In this document: positions 41,930 to 50,122 of the stretch, one piece after another
Numbering within the stretch: the stretch's first letter is position 1
Layout of the letters: each line of letters starts with the position of its first letter
From: Fibrobacterota bacterium
Lineage (GTDB): Bacteria > Fibrobacterota > Chitinivibrionia > Chitinivibrionales > Chitinispirillaceae
Direction: 5' to 3'
Length of the DNA: 64,000 nt
Assembly: GCA_003164335.1 (NCBI GenBank)
Contig: PLTF01000052.1
Span: 9,932-73,931, forward strand
Program-made: the position numbers and the translations under genes
The notes under the pieces: generated by a model
Told to the model about the DNA's origin: nothing
The model's input: the letters and a program-made list of their open reading frames with translations, nothing else
Databases searched by the model: none

Positions 41930-43684
41930 ATGAAGCTGATAAAGTCTTATTTTGTCATGCCCTGCCTGGTGCCGGCTCTTGCCGCGTCTCTATTTGCCCA
42001 GTCTGCCCAGATCTCCTATGTGCGCACAACGATAGGGCTGCCGGGCGCAACTTCCGCTCCCTACTGTATTCCCTGGATTGACAGCGGAGCCAAAGCCGGA
42101 ACCGCCTGGGCGGCCACGTCCAGTTACATCGAAATCTTTCCTGATTCGGAGTATCAGGTGATCGAGGGATTCGGCGGCTGTTTCCAGGAAAAGATGTTTG
42201 ATGCCATTCACCACCTGAGCGCCGCAGGCCAGGACAGCGTCATCCGCGCGCTGTTCGATACTTCGGGCTGCAATTTCAACTTCTGCCGCATGCCGCTCGG
42301 GGCCAACGATTTCGCCGACAGCTATTACTCCTTCGATGACGACAGTGCCGACTATCAAATGAAGTATTTCAATCTCCATCGCGATTCGCTCAAACTGATT
42401 CCCTTAATCCGGCAGGCACAGGTTTACAAGCCGAACCTGCGGTTCTGGGCTTCGCCATGGACCCCGCCGGCATGGATGAAGTCAAACGACAACTATGCAG
42501 ACGGCACTATCAAGGAGGACTCCGCAACCCTGGCAGCCTATGCGCTGTATCTTGACAAGGCAGTAAGGACATTCCAGGCGAAGGGGATCACTATCGAATC
42601 GATTACCTGCCAGAACGAACCGTCCCAGAATTCCGAAAATTATCCGACCTGCGGATGGACTTATTCACAGGAGATAAATTTCTATCACAACTTCATGATT
42701 CCGCGCTTCAAACAGGATAGCGTCACGGCGCGAATCATTCTGGGAGTGTACTGCTGCGAAGACTATACCGATTTTGTAACCGATTTTATGCAGGATTCGG
42801 TTATTGCCGGCTTTGTAAACGTTATAAGCCATTCGTTTGAGGATCCCGGCTGGGGGCCGCAGGCGGTGGCATCATATCCTGCAATTCCGTTTTACGAAAC
42901 CGAGTCAAATTTCGGTACCATCGGCGCTGCCACCCAGGTCCAGGACTGGGCCGCAGGCTGGACGATATTCACTTCGGAGATGCCGTTTCTGTCCACCGGC
43001 CGGGCATCGGTTTACGATCAGTGGAATATGGTGAACAACCAGACCAGCCAGAGTGGCTGGGGATGGGCCCAGTATGTGATGATCAATGTCGATACCGCTG
43101 CATTGCAAGTCACCTACAACCCTGAGTTCTATGCCCAAAAACATTTAAGCTATTACGTCCAGGCAGGCGCACGCGCGGTTAAGTTTACTACCAACAACAT
43201 TTCAAATCTTACGAGCGCGGCGTTTCGCAATCCCAACGGCGATATCATCTTTGTCGCAGGAAACGGCTCGTCCGGTGCGACTCCGATCACAATTAAGATC
43301 GGCAGCGAGATGTTCGCTGCCACGCTGCCGGCCAATTCGATCAATACGCTCAGGATTGTCGGGACCAATGCCGTCCGGGAACGGGAGTTTACAAGCGCTC
43401 TGCCCACACTGAGTAATGTGAGGATCCGCAATGCGATGCTTTATTTTTCGCTGTCGCCCTCGATTAACGCACGGGAGGTCGATCTGACCCTCGCCGACCT
43501 GCAGGGGCGTGCCGTCTGGACCGGGCACCGCGCCGGCAATGCCCTGCGGGGCGGACAACAGGCCATCGGGATTCGGCCGGCGCACGGAAACCTTCCCTCA
43601 GGCTCCTATCTCCTGACCGTAAAAATCAGGAACGAGGCCGGCGCTGTCATGACGGTAGAGAAGAAAGTGATGGAAGCGAACTGA
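41930..43684 (+). CDS. GH30 family glycoside hydrolase with a T9SS type-A C-terminal sorting domain (paralog 4)
   Basis: About 60% identical by eye to 37952-39709 (GFGGCFQEK, CRMPLGANDF, ITCQNEPS, FYETESNFG; tail VDLTLADLQGRAVW...GSYLLTVKIRN...TVEKKV). Confidence 0.7.
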   Translation: MKLIKSYFVMPCLVPALAASLFAQSAQISYVRTTIGLPGATSAPYCIPWIDSGAKAGTAWAATSSYIEIFPDSEYQVIEGFGGCFQEKMFDAIHHLSAAGQDSVIRALFDTSGCNFNFCRMPLGANDFADSYYSFDDDSADYQMKYFNLHRDSLKLIPLIRQAQVYKPNLRFWASPWTPPAWMKSNDNYADGTIKEDSATLAAYALYLDKAVRTFQAKGITIESITCQNEPSQNSENYPTCGWTYSQEINFYHNFMIPRFKQDSVTARIILGVYCCEDYTDFVTDFMQDSVIAGFVNVISHSFEDPGWGPQAVASYPAIPFYETESNFGTIGAATQVQDWAAGWTIFTSEMPFLSTGRASVYDQWNMVNNQTSQSGWGWAQYVMINVDTAALQVTYNPEFYAQKHLSYYVQAGARAVKFTTNNISNLTSAAFRNPNGDIIFVAGNGSSGATPITIKIGSEMFAATLPANSINTLRIVGTNAVREREFTSALPTLSNVRIRNAMLYFSLSPSINAREVDLTLADLQGRAVWTGHRAGNALRGGQQAIGIRPAHGNLPSGSYLLTVKIRNEAGAVMTVEKKVMEAN

Positions 43685-43714
43685 GATGTTCGCCGCAGGC
43701 GCACCAGGTAATGT

Positions 43715-43838
43715 AAATATTGAACAGGCACAGCGAGCGCATTACAAATATTTCCTCTCCTATAGAAGATGGCAGGCTGCTTCGCGGTCCCCGAAGCTCT
43801 GCTTCGGGGAGCTTCAATCTCCCCGCAAGGCTCCAGGA
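43715..43838 (-). repeat. Dispersed repeat family B, copy B (minus orientation), between the convergent GH30 and beta-propeller genes
   Basis: The reverse complement reads ATTGAAGCTCCCCGAAGCAGAGCTTCGGGGACCGCGAAGCAGCCTGCCATCTTCTATAGGAGAGGAAATATTTGTAATGCGCTCGCTGTGCCTGTTCAA, about 90% identical to copy C. Confidence 0.6.
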
Positions 43839-43925
43839 AGGTTTCGCTATGCCTGCTCACGTGCAAATAGCATATAGTGCACTGCCGGTCGATTGACGCA
43901 GGTCGGTGCAGGCCGGAAGATCATC

Positions 43926-45440
43926 TTACTGGAAATGCAGGTTCAGCGGCGAGGCATTGGCGGCTGGAACCGGCACTTTGATTTTGAAGCGGGACCGGAT
44001 GGCCCGAAGCATATCGCGTTGATTAAGCTTTACCGCAGACACGGCAAATTCCGGAACGTTGCAACACTTGACGAATGAATCGTAGAATGAAGGATCTTCC
44101 TGGGGCAGGATAAATTGCTTGTGCGCATAACCGCTGCTGTCAACATAGCTGAAATAGAGCCTGGTGAAGATCCCGCCTCCCCGCTTCGAGGAAAAGAGTA
44201 TCCACCGCCCGTTTGATGACCAGCCGTGCCAGCTTTCGCTGTACTCGCTGTTGATGTCGAGCTGCCGGGTTTTTCTGTTGCCGAGATCCATCATATAAAG
44301 GTCGCTGCTTTTCTGGGTATGGGGATAGGCTCCCCGCTCATGCATGCAGAAGAGCAGAAACCGGTTGTCCGGCGAAACCCGCGGCTGGGAAATGCTGAGC
44401 CCGGATTCACCCGTCGTGAGCACGCTGTCGACGTTTCCCCATGAATTGTCGGTTTCATTATAGGGGATGCGGCACAGCGAGTATTTTACCTTGTCATAGT
44501 TGTCCGGAGGAGATTTCGTATAATCGGTCCACAGGACCGGGGCGCCGCAGAAATAGAGAAACCGTCCGTCGGGCGACCACGAGGGCCAAGTCTGCAGGAA
44601 CCGGTTATCCGTTAGGACCGGCATCGAATCGAGAGTGTTCGTTGCAGTATTGAAAATGACAATGCCCGCATGTTGGTCGTAGACGTCTATGAAATTCCTT
44701 CCTACCGCATGAAAGCATTGTTCCACTTTATAAATCGAAAACGCAATGAGTTTTCCCCTTGGATGCCAGGCCGTATACCCCAGGCGCGACGAAATGGGCG
44801 TAATCTTGCCGTTTCGCGCAATGAGCGTGGTACTGCCGTATACGTTGCTCCGGGATTGCTCCGTAAAACTGCCCGGATCGTTGTTGAGCGGCGTATGGCA
44901 GTTGCAGCACCCCCAGGGATAATTAGCGCCGTTCAGGAGTGTCCGTTCGCGGAAGGACTCCAGGTCTCGCTCGCAAATCCTGATATCGCTTGAGTAGTTG
45001 TACAGGTAATTCAGGAGGCGGTAGGTAACGAAACGGTCGATAGGGGCGGCGGCGATGGTATCGTCGATGGTTTGTGCGGCAAACCAGCGCCGCGAGCTGT
45101 CCTGGAAGTAGAGCGACAGGTGCAGCGGCTGTCCCTTGTTTGCTTCCAGGAGCCGGTGCCATCCGCCTGGAGGAATCCGGACTGTATTGCCGTTTCCGGA
45201 GATGGTCAGGGGTGCGCCGTTCTTCGATGAAAACTCTGCCAGAAACGACCTGCACGGCTCCAGCAGCTTAAAATCAAGCGGGGCGATATTCGGGGGAAGG
45301 GTGATCCCTGCATAGTCCGGTTCGATGCGGGGTAACCGTCCCAGAGGAGCGGCATGGTCCATAACGGCGGACCTGGAAGGCCGGCACGCTGCCAGAAGCG
45401 GCATGAGCCCGATAATGGCGTACAGTAAATAACGGGTCAT
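43926..45440 (-). CDS. Lipoprotein with TolB/PD40-like beta-propeller repeats and a single CxxCH motif (hypothetical)
   Basis: Lipobox LLAAC. Repeated SPDGRFLYF / SPDNRFLLF / SSNGRWILFSS blades. CCNCH appears at ~aa 180. Overlaps the upstream gene by 4 nt (ATGA). Confidence 0.45.
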   Translation of the reverse strand: MTRYLLYAIIGLMPLLAACRPSRSAVMDHAAPLGRLPRIEPDYAGITLPPNIAPLDFKLLEPCRSFLAEFSSKNGAPLTISGNGNTVRIPPGGWHRLLEANKGQPLHLSLYFQDSSRRWFAAQTIDDTIAAAPIDRFVTYRLLNYLYNYSSDIRICERDLESFRERTLLNGANYPWGCCNCHTPLNNDPGSFTEQSRSNVYGSTTLIARNGKITPISSRLGYTAWHPRGKLIAFSIYKVEQCFHAVGRNFIDVYDQHAGIVIFNTATNTLDSMPVLTDNRFLQTWPSWSPDGRFLYFCGAPVLWTDYTKSPPDNYDKVKYSLCRIPYNETDNSWGNVDSVLTTGESGLSISQPRVSPDNRFLLFCMHERGAYPHTQKSSDLYMMDLGNRKTRQLDINSEYSESWHGWSSNGRWILFSSKRGGGIFTRLYFSYVDSSGYAHKQFILPQEDPSFYDSFVKCCNVPEFAVSAVKLNQRDMLRAIRSRFKIKVPVPAANASPLNLHFQ

Positions 45441-47398
45441 CGCACACTCCCCGGAGCAAACCCGAACAGATAGAAAAAGAAGTAGGTCGACCCGAAAGCG
45501 GGAGCCATTGCAGCCATGGCGGCATTGGGCAGGGAATCCCGGTACAACGCAGAGGCCTTGAGAATCCGTTCATAGCGTGCGGTGGTCTCTTCCTGCGGCA
45601 ATGCGGGTACGTTTCCGGCATCAAGGCCCGGATTTTCCCGTAGCGCGATGCAGAGGGCCTGGTCCCAGTCTGCGGGCAGCTGATTATAGCCGAACTCGCG
45701 GTATCTGCCGATTTCACCGAGAATTTTTAACGGCTGTCCGGTTTGCAAATAGTACGCAATCAGATACTCCCATGCCATCCGGTTGTTTGGATTGCGTTCT
45801 AAAAGATTACCAAGAATCGAATCTTCAGGTGGATGAAAAAGCAGGTAATCGGCGGTATCCATGCAGGCGGCCAGGTGCGAAACCCGGTCGTTGTACCCAA
45901 TCGTCCCGTTGCCGATCATGGCAAGGAGGTTTTCCGCCTTCCGGTGATAAAAGGGCATGCCGCTCAACCGGTGACCATATACGGCTGCAGCCTCATAGTT
46001 CCCTTTTGCGGCCTGGATCAGCGTCCTTCTTTCCAAAAGGAAAGGATACGGCCCCATATTTTCCATCAGTTCCCCGGCAATTCTTTCCGCCATGTTGGCC
46101 GCTCCAAGATCCAGTTGCAATTCCAGGGCCGCTATCCAGTTGGCGAACCCGACGGTATGGGTGCTCCGGAGCAGAAGCAGGGTTTCTTGAAAGTAAAGTG
46201 ACTGCGGGTATGAGAACATGGCATCGCCCAGGCGGCCGGTCTTGCAGAGTGCATGGTCAACCACATTGACCATGAGAACCTGGAGCAGCGGCGCGGATTT
46301 GTTCCTGAGTATCGGCGAAGCATCCTCCTTGAGGATCGTATCCCACTTCCCGCTCAGCATATGATGCATGGTGCGCCCGATCGCGCGGGTATCGCGCATC
46401 ACCGGGTCGGAAACCGCAAGGTACAGGGCGCCGCCGGTGACCAGCACCAGGAACGCTGCCCTTATCGGCGCTTTGCCGATGCATTGCCCGATCTTCCCGG
46501 GAATCCGAAGCTTGACGCTCAGGGCAATGAGCGGGAAATAGGAGATGACGGCAACCGGCGGGAGAGGCCCCGCGATGAACTCCTTCCATCGAATCGTGTC
46601 CTCCACCGGAAGAAAACGGCTTTCCAGGAAATAAAACCCCGATAGAACAGCTGCAGCGATACTGCCAAGCGGCACCAATCGTTGCGGACGGGTCCTTGCC
46701 GTATGGACGAAGACCAGGATTACAAACAGCAGCGACGCCCATTGGAATAAATAATACGAAACCCAGAAAAGAGCGAAGAACCCTGCAAGTGCCGTCCCGG
46801 GTTTCGGGAATATTTTCTGATACGCAATTGCAAGAATCAATGCTCCGGTAATTGCAATGAAGAAATTAAACCAGTAAAGGTCGTACCGGCAGCATGATAG
46901 AATGACAAAAATGCAGGGAATCCATCTGTTGATAAGAAGCGGCGGACCTCCCGAATTTTTAATATACAGGGGGAACGCCCGGAAAAGAAGGAAGCCGACC
47001 AGTAGTATCGCGGCGGTTCCCGCCAGTGGAATATGGCAGGCGACGGTCAGTGCACATACTGCCAGAAACGTGCAGCCGCCGGGCCGGCTGAAGGCCTCGC
47101 GGAAGAAGGGCCCGGTAACCTCCATATTGTAAACAGAATAGGGACTGGTTCCCGGATATTCGGCACGGTCCGTCGACCGGTCCTTAAGATGAACCACCCG
47201 GATCCAGTTGTAAAGGTCGAATCCGTTGTTCGAATAGATAACCGGTGGATCGATATAGACCAGGATGAAGAGAAATAACCCAAGAAACCCGCCGATATTC
47301 AATGTCGCGGCAAATGGAAATTTTTTTTCGGCGCTGACCGATTGCATAGATTCCCGCCCTGCCGCCATGTTTTTATCCGGTGATCCGGCGAACACCAC
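45437..47398 (-). CDS. Large polytopic integral membrane protein with a C-terminal soluble helical domain (hypothetical)
   Basis: 653 aa. ~10 hydrophobic helices in the first ~330 aa, then a ~300-aa helical-repeat domain. Translationally coupled to the beta-propeller gene. Confidence 0.45.
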   Translation of the reverse strand: MVFAGSPDKNMAAGRESMQSVSAEKKFPFAATLNIGGFLGLFLFILVYIDPPVIYSNNGFDLYNWIRVVHLKDRSTDRAEYPGTSPYSVYNMEVTGPFFREAFSRPGGCTFLAVCALTVACHIPLAGTAAILLVGFLLFRAFPLYIKNSGGPPLLINRWIPCIFVILSCCRYDLYWFNFFIAITGALILAIAYQKIFPKPGTALAGFFALFWVSYYLFQWASLLFVILVFVHTARTRPQRLVPLGSIAAAVLSGFYFLESRFLPVEDTIRWKEFIAGPLPPVAVISYFPLIALSVKLRIPGKIGQCIGKAPIRAAFLVLVTGGALYLAVSDPVMRDTRAIGRTMHHMLSGKWDTILKEDASPILRNKSAPLLQVLMVNVVDHALCKTGRLGDAMFSYPQSLYFQETLLLLRSTHTVGFANWIAALELQLDLGAANMAERIAGELMENMGPYPFLLERRTLIQAAKGNYEAAAVYGHRLSGMPFYHRKAENLLAMIGNGTIGYNDRVSHLAACMDTADYLLFHPPEDSILGNLLERNPNNRMAWEYLIAYYLQTGQPLKILGEIGRYREFGYNQLPADWDQALCIALRENPGLDAGNVPALPQEETTARYERILKASALYRDSLPNAAMAAMAPAFGSTYFFFYLFGFAPGSVR

Positions 47399-47674
47399 CG
47401 GAGAATAATAAAATACATTTATTCCCTCGGAAGAAAAATCCGGGCTCGATGCCCAAAAGGGGAGAGCCGGGTATTCGATGAGCTACCCCTCCGGGGCGGT
47501 ATTTGACAATCAGGACCTGATCACGGAGTGTTTCGTCGGTGAGGGTGAAGCGAAAACCGGGGCTGCGCCTTCCACCAGCTATAGTACCGCGTCGGCTACG
47601 ATACCGTCGGAGCGGTTTTTATTGGTTTCAAACCGGGCTTTGCAGCGCAAACGGTTGCAAAGCCCGCGTCGGGA

Positions 47675-49126
47675 TTACTTTTTTGTTTCACTATCCTGCG
47701 GCTTCGGTGCCGGGCCACGGTCCGGTTCATCCATCCTGCCCATGAATTCCGGCAGGTTCATGCCGGCCATTTTGAATATATTCTGAAGCGGCGGCACGCT
47801 GCCGATGAGTCCGGACAAAAAATTGGCCGTCTGTCCGCCATTGGCGCCATTGTCCCATACCGTGATTTTATCGATCTTCAGGTTGCTGATGGCTTCAACC
47901 TGCGTCTTGACAAGTTCGGGCAGCTTATCGATGATAAGGAGGGTGGCGGCCTTGTCCGGATTGCCGCCGGCAGCTTTTACGATATTCTGTAACCCCTCGG
48001 CCTGCTTGCTGAGGATCTCCCTGATACCGCGTCCCTGCGCTTCCATGACGGCATAATTCGCTTCAGCCTGACCTTCGGCTTCCTTGATGGCTTTCGTTTT
48101 TGCGGCCTCGGCTGCGATCACGACCTTCTGGCGTTCGATATCGGCTGCAACGATTTCATTGGCCATCCGGGTAGCCCGGTCTCTTTCGGCGCGTGCCGTC
48201 TCGGCAATCTGCTCCGCCTTGTAGGCTTCTTCCAGGGCTTTGGCCGCCTGGACCTTTTCAGACGCAATGGCCATTTTTTCCGCCTCGGCCTTTTTCTGCC
48301 TCATGTCCGAGGTGGAATTCGCAATATTGACAGTAGCGAGATTTTCACCCTCGACGGCCTTGGCATTCGCGTTCGCGACATTAACCCGCATACGCTGGGC
48401 CGCATCCGCCTTCCCCGATTCGGCGGTGGCGTTTGCCTCCGCAACCTTTACCGTCTGCTCCTGGACAGCCTGCGCTTCACCGATGGCGCCGTCCCGGTTC
48501 TTTTCCGCAACCTGTTTCTTGGCCCGGTTGAGCGCTTCGGCAGCCGCATTTTTGCCCAGCGCATCAAGATAGCCGGACTCGTCCCTGATGTCCTTTATAT
48601 TGACGTTGATCAGCCGGAGACCGACCTTTTCGAGCTCCGATTCAACATTGTCGAAAATTGCCTTCAGGAATTTATCCCGGTCCGCATTGATTTCCTCAAT
48701 GTCCATCTGGGCTACGCATAAACGCATCTGCCCGATGATGATCTCCTCGGAAAGCTTGGATATCGTGTCGGCATTCATGCCCAGAAGCCGCTCGGCGGCC
48801 GAAATCATGATTTCTTCCTTGGTGGAAATACCGATAGTAAAAACCGCCGGCACGGAAACACGGATGTTCTGTTTTGAAAGGGCGTTTTCCAGGCCGATGT
48901 CTATCTGCACCGGCGTTAAATCCATCATTTGATAGTCTTGAATGATCGGCCAGACAAAGGCCGCCCCGCCATGGATGCAATGCGCTGTCCTGCCTTTTGC
49001 AACCTTCCCGAATATAATAGAGGCAGGGATACGAAACAATTCATTTGCACGTTTCGCGATATCAGGGATCCGATAGGGATCGTGTGAAGATGATGAGAAG
49101 GCAAAACGCAAAGAGGTTTTTATCAT
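47675..49126 (-). CDS. Flotillin (SPFH/band-7 family, YqiK/FloT-like)
   Basis: GGAAFVWPIIQDYQMMDLTPVQIDIGL..ALSKQNIRVSVPAVFTIGIST forms the SPFH core. A long Ala/Glu/Lys-rich coiled-coil follows (AEANATAESGKADAAQRMRVNVANA...), then a flotillin-type C-terminus. Start chosen at MIKTSL; the ORF track extends to 49237. Confidence 0.8.
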   Translation of the reverse strand: MIKTSLRFAFSSSSHDPYRIPDIAKRANELFRIPASIIFGKVAKGRTAHCIHGGAAFVWPIIQDYQMMDLTPVQIDIGLENALSKQNIRVSVPAVFTIGISTKEEIMISAAERLLGMNADTISKLSEEIIIGQMRLCVAQMDIEEINADRDKFLKAIFDNVESELEKVGLRLINVNIKDIRDESGYLDALGKNAAAEALNRAKKQVAEKNRDGAIGEAQAVQEQTVKVAEANATAESGKADAAQRMRVNVANANAKAVEGENLATVNIANSTSDMRQKKAEAEKMAIASEKVQAAKALEEAYKAEQIAETARAERDRATRMANEIVAADIERQKVVIAAEAAKTKAIKEAEGQAEANYAVMEAQGRGIREILSKQAEGLQNIVKAAGGNPDKAATLLIIDKLPELVKTQVEAISNLKIDKITVWDNGANGGQTANFLSGLIGSVPPLQNIFKMAGMNLPEFMGRMDEPDRGPAPKPQDSETKK

Positions 49127-49349
49127 GCAGCGTACCCGGATTCGGGTCGTTTGCACCGGTGGTAGCCTGCCGGTTCCTGCCGGGTTCTTTCCCGGTCGGA
49201 AAACAAAATACGTGCGATGGCGGCCGGAAATGGACATCCGGAAAGTTTCCTGCGGAAGACAATCTTATAGTTAATAAAAAAGCCCGCTCGGACAGACGCG
49301 GGCAATTTGAGCATTCCTTACCGGAGTGCTCCAAAGCTGCCGGTAACGA

Positions 49350-49421
49350 TTACTTTTTCTTCGCTACCTTTTTTGCTTTTGCAGCAACCTTCTTCACGGC
49401 TTTCTTGGCTTTTACAGGCAT
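49350..49421 (-). CDS. 23-aa lysine/alanine-rich micro-ORF (MPVKAKKAVKKVAAKAKKVAKKK) with a perfect SD
   Basis: AAGGAGG lies 5 nt upstream of the ATG on the minus strand. The ORF is too short to appear in the ORF track. It sits about 220 bp upstream of the flotillin gene on the same strand. Confidence 0.35.
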   Translation of the reverse strand: MPVKAKKAVKKVAAKAKKVAKKK

Positions 49422-49572
49422 TGAGCCTCCTTGGTTAAGGTTGGTACTGCTCGAACGAAAATATATATATTGCAACAATATATTGTGCAAGAAAAATATT
49501 TAAGTACCCTATATGGTGTGGCATCCGTCGTCCCCGCCGGCAAAAGTATCAAATCTCATGGGTAGAAAATAT

Positions 49573-49705
49573 CCATGCAGGGAAGTTTTTTTGAAAATTG
49601 AAGCTCCCCGAAGCAGAGCCTCGGGGACCGCGACGCAGCCTGCCATCTTCATAGGTAAGGAACTATTTGTAATGCGCTTGCTATGCCTGTTCAAGCTAAA
49701 ATAAC
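49573..49705 (+). repeat. Dispersed repeat family B, copy C
   Basis: GGGAAGTTTTTTTGAAAATTGAAGCTCCCCGAAGCAGAGCCTCGGGGACCGCGACGCAGCCTGCCATCTTCATAGGTAAGGAACTATTTGTAATGCGCTTGCTATGCCTGTTCAAG. Confidence 0.6.
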
Positions 49706-50122
49706 CTCAAACAGGTGCCTGTTGATGCCGGCCCCCTGATGCATATCGATGGCTGGGATTCCCTGAAAAGCCTGTCGCACCTGGACCGCAGCGCCAAAGC
49801 GGGTGAAACCACGGCCATTTACGCCTATCGGAAGAAGACCTCGAAAACCCCTTTCCTGGCAGCACTACCCCATTCGAAAAATTTCTTGCAGGAGGGAATT
49901 AAACGATACTATGTTGTAATATCAATGCGGCATAAGGCGATCAGTCGTTTTATTCCCGATTGCGTCAATTTATGAACCGCTGAAACAATATCCGCGGGAG
50001 ATCTCCTGACAGCAAGTTGCTGACGGGAACATATAATCATAAGATGGTAGAGAACGGGCATTCCGAGTCCGGCTGGCTCGCCACCGATGGCGGAATTCCT
50101 TCAATTAGCAACGGAGCAAGCC

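Noticed and set aside
43606-43866. 86-aa ORF (also 49513-49704 and 52605-52826) sharing IEAPRSRASGTA.QPAIF
   Set aside because: The shared peptide is produced by translating dispersed repeat family B. The similarity reflects a repeated DNA element, not a protein family. There is no consistent start or SD.
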